DNA of 64,000 nt from an uncultured Candidatus Saccharibacteria bacterium (lineage in GTDB: Bacteria > Patescibacteriota > Saccharimonadia > Saccharimonadales > UBA10212). The position numbers and the translations under genes were made by a program. The DNA lies in assembly GCA_965231085.1 (NCBI GenBank), contig OZ246413.1, forward strand, positions 539,234 to 603,233. Direction: 5' to 3'. Below, piece by piece: positions 43,980 to 54,771 of the stretch. The notes beneath the pieces were generated by a model that did not search any database, had not been told where the DNA came from, and saw nothing but the letters and a program-made list of their open reading frames with translations. Every line of letters begins with the position of its first letter. Position 1 is the first letter of the stretch.

Positions 43980-44126
43980 TATAACAGAGGTGACATTAAA
44001 ATACTTCAGGGAAAAGGCAGCCCGAGCAAAAATCGCTCTTTTTGCCCGGCGCGATAAGACTCGGGGCCCCCATAAAACTAGTTTTATGGGGTGGTAGTAT
44101 TGCTAGGTTTATCTTATATTGGTTTA

Positions 44127-45722
44127 CTACTGAACTTTTACAGGCCCAAGCACTATTTTCCTAATTTTCCGGACAACCGGAGCAGCCTCTTCTAGGCCAA
44201 ACAACGACGATATTGCCAAATGAATAGCAAGTGTAGGGATAACAATAAGCAACAGCTTGCCGCCTAGCGAAAGGACTCCCCGGTCGGAAGCGCCAAGCGG
44301 CACCATGCTAACTGCTATATAAGCTGTAATTATCGTAAAGCCGGTAACGGATAAGGTCCTAACTAAGCCGCTCCAGAATTCGGCTGTAAAGATATGTTTA
44401 TCTCGCCAAACCATAATAGTTGTTAGTATAAAAACTTCGACTGTCGCGACGATACTTTGAGCTAAAGCCAGTCCGGTTATTCCATAACCTAAAGGCGCCG
44501 GCCGGCTTAATTTAAATGCTAGGAAAATATTTAAAGCGATTGTAAACAGCGATACAAATAAAGGAGTTTTTGTGTCTTTATGAGCATAAAAGTAGCGGCT
44601 AATTATCGCATAGAGAGCTCTAAATATGATTGCACCGACTAGAAAGCCCAGGATTGCTGCAATTTCTGGAGCTGGATTTTTGAAAATAAGCCGGGCCAGA
44701 TAAGCGCGAGTAAAGAAAGTGATAACCGCTATTGGTAGGATTATCCAAATCATAGCTCTTAGAACCATTAAAAAGTCTTTTCTAAATAGGTCGGGCCGAC
44801 CTTGAGCTAAGCGATCGTTAAGCCTAGGGAAAGCTGCTGTTGCGATACTGGTGCCGACTAGCAAGATTGGAGCTAGGTGCAAAGTATAGGCATTTTCATA
44901 AAAAGTTATTGAACCCTGACCAAGCACGCTCGCCCGGTTTGTCTCAACAATACTGTTAATGCTGTCTACGCCTTGATCAATTGAGCGAGGTGGCAAATTG
45001 CGCAATATGCCTTTGAAGTCTGGGCTCTTAAAGGCAATTGATGGCCAGTACTTAAAGTTCATACCAAATAGTCCAAACATAACTATTGCTAGCTGTAATA
45101 GGGCTCCGGCAAGGGCCCCAACGCCAATACCAACAATCCCAAGGTTATCCCGAAAAATATAAACACTGGCAATAATGCAGCTGTTATATATGATCGGAGC
45201 AATTGCGTAGAAGAAGAAACGGCCGAACGTTTGCTGAAGACTAGTCAGGATTCCCGATATTGCAAACAGAAATGGGTTAAATGCAATTAGCCGCATTATT
45301 AGAACTGCGTCATGCATTTGATCGGGCGCAAGGTTATGGCCAACCACAACCCGTAGCAGTGGCTCGGTAAAAATTAGCAATATAAAACCAACACCCAGCA
45401 TAATAAGACCTAAGAAGTTTAGAAGGCTGGATGTTAGTTTCCATACTTCTTGCTTATCATTCCTATGCAAACGATCTGCCAAAAATGGCATAAAGGCCAC
45501 ACCGAGAGCACCGGCCGCAATTGTGTAGAAGAAAAAATCCGGGATTTTGAAAGCTGCAAAATAGGCATCGGTGGTTATGTGCCCCGGGGCATTGAAGTTA
45601 CCATTTACCACCTGAGTACGCATGAACCCTAGGACCTGACCAAACAGGGTAGCGCTTACTAAAAGGACGGCTGCGCTAGTTAGCGAAATTCTTTTATTAG
45701 CGCGGGTTAGCCATCGATTCAT
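44127..45722 (-). CDS. murJ: Lipid II flippase MurJ (MviN family)
   Basis: 531 aa with about 14 TM segments. N-terminal ...LGFMRTQVVNGNFNA...DAYFAAFKIPDFF is typical of MurJ. Confidence 0.8.
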   Translation of the reverse strand: MNRWLTRANKRISLTSAAVLLVSATLFGQVLGFMRTQVVNGNFNAPGHITTDAYFAAFKIPDFFFYTIAAGALGVAFMPFLADRLHRNDKQEVWKLTSSLLNFLGLIMLGVGFILLIFTEPLLRVVVGHNLAPDQMHDAVLIMRLIAFNPFLFAISGILTSLQQTFGRFFFYAIAPIIYNSCIIASVYIFRDNLGIVGIGVGALAGALLQLAIVMFGLFGMNFKYWPSIAFKSPDFKGILRNLPPRSIDQGVDSINSIVETNRASVLGQGSITFYENAYTLHLAPILLVGTSIATAAFPRLNDRLAQGRPDLFRKDFLMVLRAMIWIILPIAVITFFTRAYLARLIFKNPAPEIAAILGFLVGAIIFRALYAIISRYFYAHKDTKTPLFVSLFTIALNIFLAFKLSRPAPLGYGITGLALAQSIVATVEVFILTTIMVWRDKHIFTAEFWSGLVRTLSVTGFTIITAYIAVSMVPLGASDRGVLSLGGKLLLIVIPTLAIHLAISSLFGLEEAAPVVRKIRKIVLGPVKVQ

Positions 45723-45803
45723 TATCTATAAAGTATAAAGATTGCAGGAGCATTTTAGAACCCTGAATTGATAATACGAATGGCTTGGTAACGACTAGGG
45801 TCT

Positions 45804-46913
45804 TTATTCCCAGCGAAAAACTCTAAAAGCAATGGCGTATATCACAATTGTCCACAACGCCATTAAGCCCAGCTGCGGGCCCAGATCAACAAGATGCTTA
45901 CCTTCTGTGGCTATCATCCGTATACCATCGATTACCGGCGTAAGTGGTAAAAAGTTAGTCACATGCTGCAACCATTCTGGCATTAGAAATCTTGGGAAGA
46001 ATGTCCCTGATAGAAACATCATTGGAAAGCTTACCAGGTTGCCAAGGGGTGCAGCTTGATTCTCATTTTTTGCCCAACCGCCCAGGGCCAACCCAATACC
46101 GAAAATCGAGAAAATGCCAAACACAATTAATATCGCTAGTTCCGCGTAATTACCGACCATCCTAAAATGAAAAACCGTTAGAGCAAACATGAATAAAACG
46201 CCGATCGCAAATAACCCAATGATTGCGTTAGACAGTACACTTGATAGGAAATACTCCCAAACTTTTAGGGGGGTTATGTGCAGGCGCCGTAAGATACCTT
46301 GCTCCTTCATGCGAGGAAAGTAATTTATAGGTCCAAAAATTCCCAAGCCCAATATTGAGAATCCAAGCAGACCTGAAAAGGTATAGTCAAACCTGCTTAA
46401 ACCCTTGTCATTGGTGGTTTTAGAAGTAACCGTAAAAGGCTTATCAGTCTTTACTAAGGTAGCGTTAACCCCGTTAAATGTACCCTGCAGAACCGATTGT
46501 AGAGTCTGACCAGCCTGCTCATTATTTTGGCTATATAGAACTGTTGCTTGGCCGGTTGGGTAGCCCCTAGCGCTGTCAATCTGGCCAAAATCTGCTGGCA
46601 AGATTATGGCTGCATCAATTTGGCTTTGACTAATCTTTTGCCTGGCTTGATCTAGAGTGGTAACTTCTGGCGAAATCTTGTATATTTTGTCGGATTTTAG
46701 TTGATTGACGAATGTTTTAGAAAACTCACTTGTAGATTGGTTTATTAGACCCACGTTGAAGTTAGCGTTAGTATTTTTGCCAAATAACCCTCCAAAAATT
46801 ATCAAGAAAATAAGCGGAAAGCCTACCGTGAAAAATAATGCAGTTTTGTCTCTAAAAAATCTTTTAATACTTATGCGAGCAAAAGTTGTAATTGTAAAAA
46901 GTGACTGTTTCAT
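45804..46913 (-). CDS. ABC-2 type transporter permease
   Basis: One N-terminal TM, a large extracytoplasmic loop, then 5 C-terminal TM segments. ATGA-type overlap with the ATPase gene. Confidence 0.75.
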   Translation of the reverse strand: MKQSLFTITTFARISIKRFFRDKTALFFTVGFPLIFLIIFGGLFGKNTNANFNVGLINQSTSEFSKTFVNQLKSDKIYKISPEVTTLDQARQKISQSQIDAAIILPADFGQIDSARGYPTGQATVLYSQNNEQAGQTLQSVLQGTFNGVNATLVKTDKPFTVTSKTTNDKGLSRFDYTFSGLLGFSILGLGIFGPINYFPRMKEQGILRRLHITPLKVWEYFLSSVLSNAIIGLFAIGVLFMFALTVFHFRMVGNYAELAILIVFGIFSIFGIGLALGGWAKNENQAAPLGNLVSFPMMFLSGTFFPRFLMPEWLQHVTNFLPLTPVIDGIRMIATEGKHLVDLGPQLGLMALWTIVIYAIAFRVFRWE

Positions 46914-47671
46914 TAGTCGCGCAGCTCCTTGCCGGTTAGATCTATAAATACATCTTCTAGGTCGGCTTGCTCGACTTTTTGGGTCTTCTTGAAGCCCCGC
47001 TTCAGCAAGTCTTGGACTAATTTCTTGGGCGTATCTAAAGCAATAATCTTGCCACTATCCATGATCGCAATTCTGTCACACAATAACTCGGCTTCTTCCA
47101 TATAATGGGTGGTCAGAATGATTGTTGTACCATCTTGGCTAATCTTCCTAACCAAGTCCCATAGGTTACGTCTGGCCTGCGGGTCTAGGCCAGTCGTTGG
47201 CTCATCCATAAAAAATACTTTGGGTTTATGCACTAGCGCCGCAGCAATAGAGAATCTCTGCTTTTGACCGCCCGACAGGTTTTCTATAAAACTGTCAGCT
47301 TTCTCTACAAGATCAACTTTTTTTAAGTATTCCATGGCATCCACCCTCTCCCCATAGGCAGCTGCTGTCATCTCTAGGAGTTCAGAAAGCTTAGTTTTAT
47401 CCATGAAAGCCGGACTTTGGCTCTGCACACCAATTATGTATTTAACTTTTTGAGCATCTTCTGACACATCCAGGCCGTCCAACATTACCGTGCCGCCATC
47501 TATTGGCCTGATTGTTTCAATCATTTCTAGAGTTGTTGTTTTGCCTGCGCCATTTGGCCCAACAATCCCAAATATTTCGCCCCGCCGAACTTGAAAACTA
47601 ATTTTATTAACGACTTTATTGTCGCCATAAGATTTCTGCAGATTCTCAACATCAAGAATGACATCTTTCAT
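46913..47671 (-). CDS. ABC transporter ATP-binding protein (DrrA/ABC-2 type)
   Basis: GPNGAGKTT, LSGGQKQR, FFMDEPTTGLD. Start placed at ATG 47671. Confidence 0.9.
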   Translation of the reverse strand: MKDVILDVENLQKSYGDNKVVNKISFQVRRGEIFGIVGPNGAGKTTTLEMIETIRPIDGGTVMLDGLDVSEDAQKVKYIIGVQSQSPAFMDKTKLSELLEMTAAAYGERVDAMEYLKKVDLVEKADSFIENLSGGQKQRFSIAAALVHKPKVFFMDEPTTGLDPQARRNLWDLVRKISQDGTTIILTTHYMEEAELLCDRIAIMDSGKIIALDTPKKLVQDLLKRGFKKTQKVEQADLEDVFIDLTGKELRD

Positions 47672-47711
47672 CTTTTTATAATATACACGGCCAGAGTCCG
47701 GTAACACAAAA

Positions 47712-47732
47712 GCACCCGCTTTTAGCGGGTGC
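47712..47732 (-). terminator. Rho-independent terminator
   Basis: GCACCCGC-tttta-GCGGGTGC with a T-run on the minus strand. Downstream of 47754-47957. Confidence 0.6.
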
Positions 47733-47753
47733 CTCTTTGTAGCTAGAGATTAT

Positions 47754-47957
47754 CTAGGCTTCTTTGCGCTTTAGTGTTAGGAATCCGTTGCGTGGATTCT
47801 CGTTAACTACTCGGTCTGCTGGCAAATCTACGCCAGTGTCTGCTCGTTCGTCTTTAGAAAAGTAGTAAATTGTCTGTGTCTTTCCGCCCCGAAGTGTTAC
47901 TGCCTTAGCGTTCAAATAGTAAGTTACGCCTTTGCTGTTAGTGTGCTGATAAGCCAT
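47754..47957 (-). CDS. Small conserved-looking hypothetical protein (67 aa)
   Basis: ORF track (MAYQHTNSKGVTYYLNAKAVTLRGGKTQTIYYFSKD...). A terminator follows. Confidence 0.55.
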   Translation of the reverse strand: MAYQHTNSKGVTYYLNAKAVTLRGGKTQTIYYFSKDERADTGVDLPADRVVNENPRNGFLTLKRKEA

Positions 47958-48140
47958 TGCTTAGTTCCCTCTCTGTTAATTATTACTGTACCCCTAAAAT
48001 ACTCTTTAGGCTTTTTAGTTGTCAACAGGTATTTAGTACAACAGGGCTAAAGAAACAGACATAATCGGCTTGCGCGGACAAAAGCATATGCGTTATTATA
48101 TTGGGGTAATTTGTTAAACAAAAGGTGGAGAAAGAAAACT

Positions 48141-48764
48141 ATGGAATTTATGTCCCGAGGTAATGGTGCACAACAAGCACCCCAGAATGCAATGCCGACA
48201 CATCGCCCAACAAAAAGAAAACGTTTCGATTGGAATGGTAAGGCTGTAAGGATCGAATGGTTTGCTTTTACTTTCATGGTCGCAGTCGTTCTCTTAGTTA
48301 GTATCGGCTGGTCTATCTACAGTGGCGGTTGGGGTAATACGGAAGCTAGCAAGGTAAATACTGCTAAATATCAGGCGGTCTTCCTGAACGGTGGGTCAAC
48401 TAGTGGTTCCGTGGATTACACAACTTATTTTGGACATATTTCAAAAGTCACAGGTAATTACATAGTCCTTAAAGACATTTACTACCTAACTACTTCTACC
48501 AGCACTGATTCAAAAACTGTAACTCCACAATTAACTAAACTGGGTTGTCAGCAATTGCACTCTCCATATGACGAAATGGTAATTAACCGAAGTCAGGTCG
48601 CTTTCTGGGAAAACCTACAGGACAGCGGCAAAGTTGTATCTGCTATCAAGGATTACATCAAAGCCAATCCAAATGGGCCAGACTGTAGCACAACAAGCTC
48701 ATCCTCAAGCTCTTCATCAGCAAGTCAAAGCACTCAGTCGACAACCACTACCAAGACTCCTTAG
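48141..48764 (+). CDS. Membrane-anchored hypothetical protein with poly-Ser/Thr tail
   Basis: AGGTGGAG SD before ATG 48141. One TM. C-terminal SSSSSSSSASQSTQSTTTTKTP. Confidence 0.6.
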   Translation: MEFMSRGNGAQQAPQNAMPTHRPTKRKRFDWNGKAVRIEWFAFTFMVAVVLLVSIGWSIYSGGWGNTEASKVNTAKYQAVFLNGGSTSGSVDYTTYFGHISKVTGNYIVLKDIYYLTTSTSTDSKTVTPQLTKLGCQQLHSPYDEMVINRSQVAFWENLQDSGKVVSAIKDYIKANPNGPDCSTTSSSSSSSSASQSTQSTTTTKTP

Positions 48765-48770
48765 CTAATC

Positions 48771-49373
48771 TTAGAATCTTTTAGCTAGAAACTTAGCTGC
48801 GAAACCAACGAAAGACAGGCCGGCAAGAACAAGGCTCCAGCCAGCAAAATCTGGGCTCCAGGTTGGACTCAAGAAATCAAACTCATATAAACCAACAGGT
48901 ATTTCGGCCGCCGCTTTGCCACCATGACTTGATATATAGTCCTGGACACAGGAGATGCGGCCCTTGCCCGACACGGAAACGCTGGCCGGTATGGTCGCCT
49001 GACAATAGTTCTCGGCGTTTGTATAAAGGTCGCTATTATTGGCGGCAGCCTGAGCGGCTGATTGTAGCCTTTCGTAAGTGTATTTGAGTTGGATTGGCGG
49101 CTTTATTCCATTGCTGCCACTGGATAGGTCTGTATTCATGTGAGAGTAAACATAAGACCTGAGTTTGTTCAGAGCTGCGTTGACGTCACCGTCGTATTTA
49201 TCGTTCTGGTAAACACTATCTCGCAAAGCAATCATAGTTTGATTGTTATGGCGCAGTCCTACTACAGCACAGATGCTAAAGACTACAAAGCAAACAACGA
49301 AGACCTGGAACGGTATTTCCCGAATTAATTCCAGAATTTTTAATGTTTGTTTTAATATTTTTTGCATAATCAT
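48771..49373 (-). CDS. Hypothetical membrane protein (N- and C-terminal TM)
   Basis: ORF track. Start trimmed to ATG 49373 to avoid overlapping the divergent Mur-ligase gene. Confidence 0.5.
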   Translation of the reverse strand: MIMQKILKQTLKILELIREIPFQVFVVCFVVFSICAVVGLRHNNQTMIALRDSVYQNDKYDGDVNAALNKLRSYVYSHMNTDLSSGSNGIKPPIQLKYTYERLQSAAQAAANNSDLYTNAENYCQATIPASVSVSGKGRISCVQDYISSHGGKAAAEIPVGLYEFDFLSPTWSPDFAGWSLVLAGLSFVGFAAKFLAKRF

Positions 49374-49439
49374 ATGTTTGCATGTTTTGTCTCTACTTGG
49401 CAACTGGTAAGCCAGGCGATTAATCTGTAAAATTAGACT

Positions 49440-50729
49440 ATGCATGTTTTCTTTTCAGGTATCGGAGGTAGCGGCATAAGTTCTTTGGCTCTGATAGCCA
49501 AGGAAGCAGGATATGAAGTTAGCGGCTCGGACGCAAGACAAAGCCAGTATCTGGAGTACTTAAGAAAACACGGAGTTACCAATACTTATGTTGGCCTCAG
49601 CCGAGAACAAATTGCAGCTGTACATGCAAAAAACCCAATTGACTGGTACGTTTACGGTTCGGCCCAGCCTTTGGATTTTCCGGATAATCCTGAATTCAAA
49701 TTTTGTGATGATAATAAAATTAAAAAAACAAAACGTGACGAGTTTTTAAATGAAATTATAAAATCCAAACAACTCAAAATGGTTGCTATAGCCGGGACTC
49801 ACGGCAAGACAACAACTACAGCAATGGCCATTTGGGTTTTTAAGCAGCTGGGTATTCCCGTAAGCTATTCGATTGGCGGCAAGATTCCGTTTGGTGACAA
49901 TGGTGAGTATGATCCTAAGAGTGAGTACTTTGTTTACGAAGCTGATGAATTTGATAGAAATTTTTTAAGTTATTACCCGGAACATTCATTAATAACCGGC
50001 ATTGATTGGGACCACCCCGATATTTATCCGACTAGAGAAAACTATAATGAAGCGTTTATAGAATTTATTGAACAAAGCAATCACGTAGTTTTGTGGCAAG
50101 ACGACGCCGAAAGACTCGCCATCGAAAGCTCTGCGAAATTTGAAATATTATCGAGAGGTGATAGCAATATCGACAAATACATGAAACAGCTGGGTAGGGT
50201 TAACCGACAGAACGCCTGGCAAGTGGCCAAAAGTCTTGAATCTGTTACTGGAGCAAATCTTAACAAGCTCGCTCTTATATTAAATAACTTTCCCGGTATC
50301 TCTCGAAGGTTTGAAAAAATAGCAAAAAACTTATATACGGACTATGCTCACACTCCGCCTAAAATACATGGGGCCCTGCAGTTGGCTCACGAAGTTGCCG
50401 GCGATAATGTTGTTGTTGTGTACGAAGGTTTGCATAATTTGCGCCAGCATTTTATTAAGGACCAGCTAAAAGATCTTTTTGATGGAGTTAAAAAACTCTA
50501 CATTGTGCCAACATTCTTAGCCCGCGAGGACAAAAATCTTAAAACCTTATCCCCTGCTGATTTAGTTAACATGTTAAGCGAAGAAGCTAGGGAGAACTCC
50601 GAACCCGCCGAGCTTGACGCCAAGCTAGCTAAGAATATAAAAAATCATACTGCTAGTAATGACTTGGTGCTCTGTTTATCCGCCGGTAGCGGCGGATCTC
50701 TCGATGAATGGTTGCGAAAGAACTTCTAG
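49440..50729 (+). CDS. Mur-ligase family protein (MurC/Mpl-like)
   Basis: MHVFFSGIGGSGISSLALIAKEAGYEVSGSD (MurC/Mpl N-domain) and IAGTHGKTTTTAM P-loop. Confidence 0.8.
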   Translation: MHVFFSGIGGSGISSLALIAKEAGYEVSGSDARQSQYLEYLRKHGVTNTYVGLSREQIAAVHAKNPIDWYVYGSAQPLDFPDNPEFKFCDDNKIKKTKRDEFLNEIIKSKQLKMVAIAGTHGKTTTTAMAIWVFKQLGIPVSYSIGGKIPFGDNGEYDPKSEYFVYEADEFDRNFLSYYPEHSLITGIDWDHPDIYPTRENYNEAFIEFIEQSNHVVLWQDDAERLAIESSAKFEILSRGDSNIDKYMKQLGRVNRQNAWQVAKSLESVTGANLNKLALILNNFPGISRRFEKIAKNLYTDYAHTPPKIHGALQLAHEVAGDNVVVVYEGLHNLRQHFIKDQLKDLFDGVKKLYIVPTFLAREDKNLKTLSPADLVNMLSEEARENSEPAELDAKLAKNIKNHTASNDLVLCLSAGSGGSLDEWLRKNF

Positions 50730-51046
50730 GTCTTAAAAGCTTTGGTCGCAAAAAAAGCTAGAATAATAAAAATTATAACTGCCAAGCTTATGGCCAGCCT
50801 GCCCTCTAGTGATCTTTTTGGTTTGGGATTACTTGGTGTCTTCGCCCTTGGTTGAGTCTCAGGCTGCACTGGGTTTGGCTGTATTGCAGGCATCGGGTGC
50901 GGTGTCGATTGGGCTGGGAACATAGCGTTCGGCAGATCGGTCTCTTGTTTGACCGGAATAGGTTCAGTTGCTATATTGACCGGCTGGGTCACTGGCGCAG
51001 GGACTACTTTTGGCTGTGTGGTGTGCGCTGATGTGGTTTGGTCCAT
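50726..51046 (-). CDS. Pro-rich protein with C-terminal TM anchor
   Basis: ORF track. P/Q/T-rich repeats, then LAISLAVIIFIILAFFA. Confidence 0.45.
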   Translation of the reverse strand: MDQTTSAHTTQPKVVPAPVTQPVNIATEPIPVKQETDLPNAMFPAQSTPHPMPAIQPNPVQPETQPRAKTPSNPKPKRSLEGRLAISLAVIIFIILAFFATKAFKT

Positions 51047-51068
51047 GATTTTTTATTCCTTTTTATCT

Positions 51069-51392
51069 CTAACGATTGTCACCGCTGCCGTGGATAGCAC
51101 CGCGCCTATCACGATCGGCTAGCTTTTCCAGATTACGTTTTGCTATTTCACTTAGTTCAAAGCCAAGAGTCTGGCTGAGAGTGGCCACGAACCACAGTAC
51201 GTCTCCAAGTTCTTTGGCTAAAGCTTCTTTATCAAGCTTTGTAATATCGGCGTTGCTGTCTCTTTGCCACTTAGCAAGCTTACCGGCAACTTCGCCAGCT
51301 TCGGCGGCCAGCCCAAGAGAACGGTGCATCAACTCACGCCCTTCGTCTTTGGCTGTTTTTAGAGCGGTCTTTTGGTATTCGTCTAGTGTCAT
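51069..51392 (-). CDS. MazG-like nucleotide pyrophosphohydrolase
   Basis: LGLAAEAGEVAGKLAKWQRD...ELGDVLWFVATL is the MazG EExxE/D pattern. Confidence 0.8.
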   Translation of the reverse strand: MTLDEYQKTALKTAKDEGRELMHRSLGLAAEAGEVAGKLAKWQRDSNADITKLDKEALAKELGDVLWFVATLSQTLGFELSEIAKRNLEKLADRDRRGAIHGSGDNR

Positions 51393-51432
51393 AGGTTTAT
51401 TTTAGCAGCAAAGGACAGCTCTCTACAGATGA

Positions 51433-53199
51433 TTAAAAAATTGTTGTTGGCTGGAAATTGGTAATTTTAAAGGCATCGCTGCCGGCAGCCGACATAACGT
51501 AGAGCTCGCTATTATCTTTTGTGACTAATACATAATCACTGCCAAACCAGGCAATTGGGGAATAGTCGCTAACATCAGCCACCTTGGTAGAGCCAGCTCC
51601 CAGGCTGTCTCCAACCATTATTCTGTTTTTACCATCTACTGGTTCCGCCCAAAGCGACCGGGTCATATCAGCACTTAGATAATATCCAAAGCTGCCGTCG
51701 TAGAACTTATCGCTAGACATAGTATCTATCGACTTCAAAGATCCGCCAACGGTGTATTCGTAATAATGGTTCGCCCCACTCGAATACTCTTGGTGCCAGA
51801 TATCTATGCTATTTGGTGCGTTTTGCCTAACTTGCACGGAATCTAAGGCCGGATAACTGCCCAGTACTTTATGGCTGGACCCGACAGGGTCTATGGAGTT
51901 TACGGTCGATACTCTGTTATCTAATAGGTTGGTAGCCTGGGAATTGTAGCTGCCCCAGACTTTTGTGTATGTAATGGTGTTTTTTAAAATCTGAACATTA
52001 CTAAAGAGTTCGTAAGCATACGAGGTTGAGTCACCGACCGCCGTGCTCTGATCTAGCAAGGTTGTTTTGCCGGTATCGGCAGCATAAATTTTTAGTTTGT
52101 TCTGCCCAGATTGCCAATAGTTAATGTCGTTTCTTGTTACTGTGTAGACTAAGTTGTCGCCTGCCCAGCCAATAATACTGAAGTCGGCTTTTCCTGTATC
52201 TATAGCCAAGGGTTTGTCATCACTTGCGGCAATCATATACAGCTGCGGTTTTGTATCACTGTTTGATCGCTGGGTTATTAAGGCAACATACTTGCCATCC
52301 GCTGACTGCGATACCTGGGTAGCCGATAGTGACTCATATCCTGTACCAGCCAGAACAGTTTCGGGTGAAGATCCATCCAGATTGGCTTTCATAAGGTTTA
52401 ATGCTCCAGAGCGTTTTGATAAGAAATAGACCTTGCCAGCTGGCGTCATAGTGAAGTCGTTTTGCAAAACCTCTTTGTTACTAATTTTTACTTGCACCGG
52501 ATTATCGTTATAGCCCGACAAGGATAAGGTTGCTTTTTCTAGAGACAGACTCGCAGGAAGCACGATAGTTGCACTGCCATCTTTATCGGTCTTGGCTTTA
52601 ATATCCGAAACAGCTATCGAGACTTCGCTCAATGCTTTTTTGGTAATAATATTTTTGACTGTGATTTTGACTTGGCGACCAGTAGCGGTAAGGGCAATGC
52701 TAGGCACGGTTTTCTCTGCAAGAATTGGCACGGTTGTTGTTATGGTATTATCCGCATAATACTTCTTACTTATCGCGAAAGTGTGCGGACCAACTGGCAG
52801 TTTAAGTGATGCCTTTCCGGATCCATCGGTTAAGGCTTGCACCGAGCCAGAAGTTACAGATGCCCCGCTGACTGGCGTATTGGTCGACGCGTCGTAAGCA
52901 CTGATTATAAAATTCTTTTTGTACACCAGGCCAACCAACTTATACCTAGTTACTGGCACACCTAGCAGTACAGCAATCAATATAATAACTGCCGCTGGTA
53001 CTGAATATTTCTTGTGGCTCAAACACCAATCAAAAAGTTGCTTAAATTTGTTTTTTTCAATTGCTTGCTTGGGTTTTTCAGGTTCGGCTGCATCCTTAGC
53101 AGATGGATCCTCTATAACCTGCAAATCATCGGTGTCTTCTTTTGGGGGTTCTGGCTTAACTGGCACTTCATTAGCGGCTGAATTGTGTTCGTCTGGCAT
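51433..53199 (-). CDS. Membrane-anchored extracytoplasmic protein: CarboxypepD_reg-like Ig folds plus beta-propeller-like C-terminal region
   Basis: N-terminal acidic segment, one TM, then ISAYDASTNTPVSGASVTSGS...DGSGKASLKLPVGPHTF repeats and WD/PD40-like strands. Confidence 0.5.
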   Translation of the reverse strand: MPDEHNSAANEVPVKPEPPKEDTDDLQVIEDPSAKDAAEPEKPKQAIEKNKFKQLFDWCLSHKKYSVPAAVIILIAVLLGVPVTRYKLVGLVYKKNFIISAYDASTNTPVSGASVTSGSVQALTDGSGKASLKLPVGPHTFAISKKYYADNTITTTVPILAEKTVPSIALTATGRQVKITVKNIITKKALSEVSIAVSDIKAKTDKDGSATIVLPASLSLEKATLSLSGYNDNPVQVKISNKEVLQNDFTMTPAGKVYFLSKRSGALNLMKANLDGSSPETVLAGTGYESLSATQVSQSADGKYVALITQRSNSDTKPQLYMIAASDDKPLAIDTGKADFSIIGWAGDNLVYTVTRNDINYWQSGQNKLKIYAADTGKTTLLDQSTAVGDSTSYAYELFSNVQILKNTITYTKVWGSYNSQATNLLDNRVSTVNSIDPVGSSHKVLGSYPALDSVQVRQNAPNSIDIWHQEYSSGANHYYEYTVGGSLKSIDTMSSDKFYDGSFGYYLSADMTRSLWAEPVDGKNRIMVGDSLGAGSTKVADVSDYSPIAWFGSDYVLVTKDNSELYVMSAAGSDAFKITNFQPTTIF

Positions 53200-53227
53200 G
53201 TTTTTGTTTTCCGTTTCGTTTAGATTG

Positions 53228-54166
53228 CTAATTGATTGATAGTGATTTTAATAAGTTTATTAGCGGCCCTGAAAACGTTGCATCATCCATTAAGCTATCA
53301 GCAATCGTTAGGGCTTTGGAGTTTGAATCTAGAAAAGTGATCGTAATATTTGGGTCGACTTTTGCCACATCAACCAGCGGAATAGCCTGGCCTTTTAGGT
53401 AGCCGCTGTCGCCGGTTATATATATGCCATCCAAACCGCCGGATGCCGTGGTAGTGGCATATTGCAGGTAGCTCACATATGTATTGGCCCGCTGAGTTTG
53501 GGTCGGCTTAACGTAGGCGATCTTAAGCGAATCACGAGTTGCAGTTGAATTACCTTTATCGAATTCGGTTAACTTTTGAGCGTGATTCTTAATCGTAAAT
53601 ACCACGAATCCGTTGACTGCTTGGCTGGACGTATTTTTAAGAGATAGACTTGGTGATTTAACAGTCATAGTACCGCCCCCCTGGTCGGTAACTGTCCAGT
53701 CATCCGGATAGCTAAACGCTAAATTAAAGTTCGGGGAAGTATAGCTTTTGGTTGTTGTTGAGATTTTAGAACTAGTGGCTACTGGAGCCGTAGACGGCGC
53801 GGTTGATGAACTAGCGGTTGTGGTAGACGTGGTTGTGTTGGTAGCGACAGGTTTGGGTTTCATAAAAAACCAGTACCCAGCTCCACCAGCAGCAACTAGG
53901 ACCGTTACAAATATTAACGGTTTGGTCCATGACTTCCCTGGTTTATCGGGTTGGGCATACTGAGCATAATCTGCAGTTGTTGCTTGGTTGTCGTTTTTAA
54001 GTTTAGGTTCAGGACTTTCAGGCTGCTCGGTCCCCTCGTCTTCCAAGTATTGTGGCTCGTCTTGTGGTTCCTGCTCTTTCAAATCAATTTGATCATTAGC
54101 ATTTTCGACCGGCTTAATGTCTGTAAGAGGCTCGAACTTGGCCTTCTCGGGTTTATCCATAAGCAT
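53228..54166 (-). CDS. Membrane-anchored hypothetical protein with Thr/Ser-rich linker
   Basis: ORF track. Acidic N-terminus, one TM, TTTSTTTASSSTAPSTAP linker, then a globular domain. Confidence 0.55.
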   Translation of the reverse strand: MLMDKPEKAKFEPLTDIKPVENANDQIDLKEQEPQDEPQYLEDEGTEQPESPEPKLKNDNQATTADYAQYAQPDKPGKSWTKPLIFVTVLVAAGGAGYWFFMKPKPVATNTTTSTTTASSSTAPSTAPVATSSKISTTTKSYTSPNFNLAFSYPDDWTVTDQGGGTMTVKSPSLSLKNTSSQAVNGFVVFTIKNHAQKLTEFDKGNSTATRDSLKIAYVKPTQTQRANTYVSYLQYATTTASGGLDGIYITGDSGYLKGQAIPLVDVAKVDPNITITFLDSNSKALTIADSLMDDATFSGPLINLLKSLSIN

Positions 54167-54246
54167 AATTATACTACCGATAGAAAAATATATACTAATT
54201 GCTCATGCTTGCTTTAATCCAAGTCTATCAGGAATAATGTCTACCT

Positions 54247-54771
54247 ATGAGTAGAGCTGAAGTTGTGGTGGAGAGATTACAGACATATTCGCCGGAGGAT
54301 GCTGTAGTTCTTGGAGCCCTAAGACACTACATGAGCCCACAAAAACCGAATATCCCTTTATCGGAAACTTTACTCAGAACTATGATCGAAGATCCCGCTA
54401 ATAGGGTTCTGATCGTGGCTCGTCTTGCAGCATCCGGACAAATTGTAAGTTCAGAAACTTTGAATGTTATTACTACTCCCGATGTTGGTGATCTAGATGT
54501 TGGCAGATTGGCTTGGCTAGGGTTTGTGTCTACCGACCCTGCGTATAGAGGCCAAGGTATATTTGGTAAGGTCTGGCTTGATGGACTCGAATGGTGTGAA
54601 GAACGCGGAATCAACGCTATGGATTTTACCTCTAACCCACATAATCCTGTGCGAGCCACCGCCCGAGAAATATATATAGCAAAAGGCGCCCTTATAAAGG
54701 ACACTGACTACTTTCAACTTGATGTCAGAAAAGCACTAGCAGCCGAACGCACTAAAGGTTCGGCGGCGTAA
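54247..54771 (+). CDS. GNAT-family N-acetyltransferase
   Basis: GFVSTDPAYRGQGIFGKVWLDGLEWCEERG matches the acetyl-CoA motif A (R/QxxGxG/A). Confidence 0.75.
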   Translation: MSRAEVVVERLQTYSPEDAVVLGALRHYMSPQKPNIPLSETLLRTMIEDPANRVLIVARLAASGQIVSSETLNVITTPDVGDLDVGRLAWLGFVSTDPAYRGQGIFGKVWLDGLEWCEERGINAMDFTSNPHNPVRATAREIYIAKGALIKDTDYFQLDVRKALAAERTKGSAA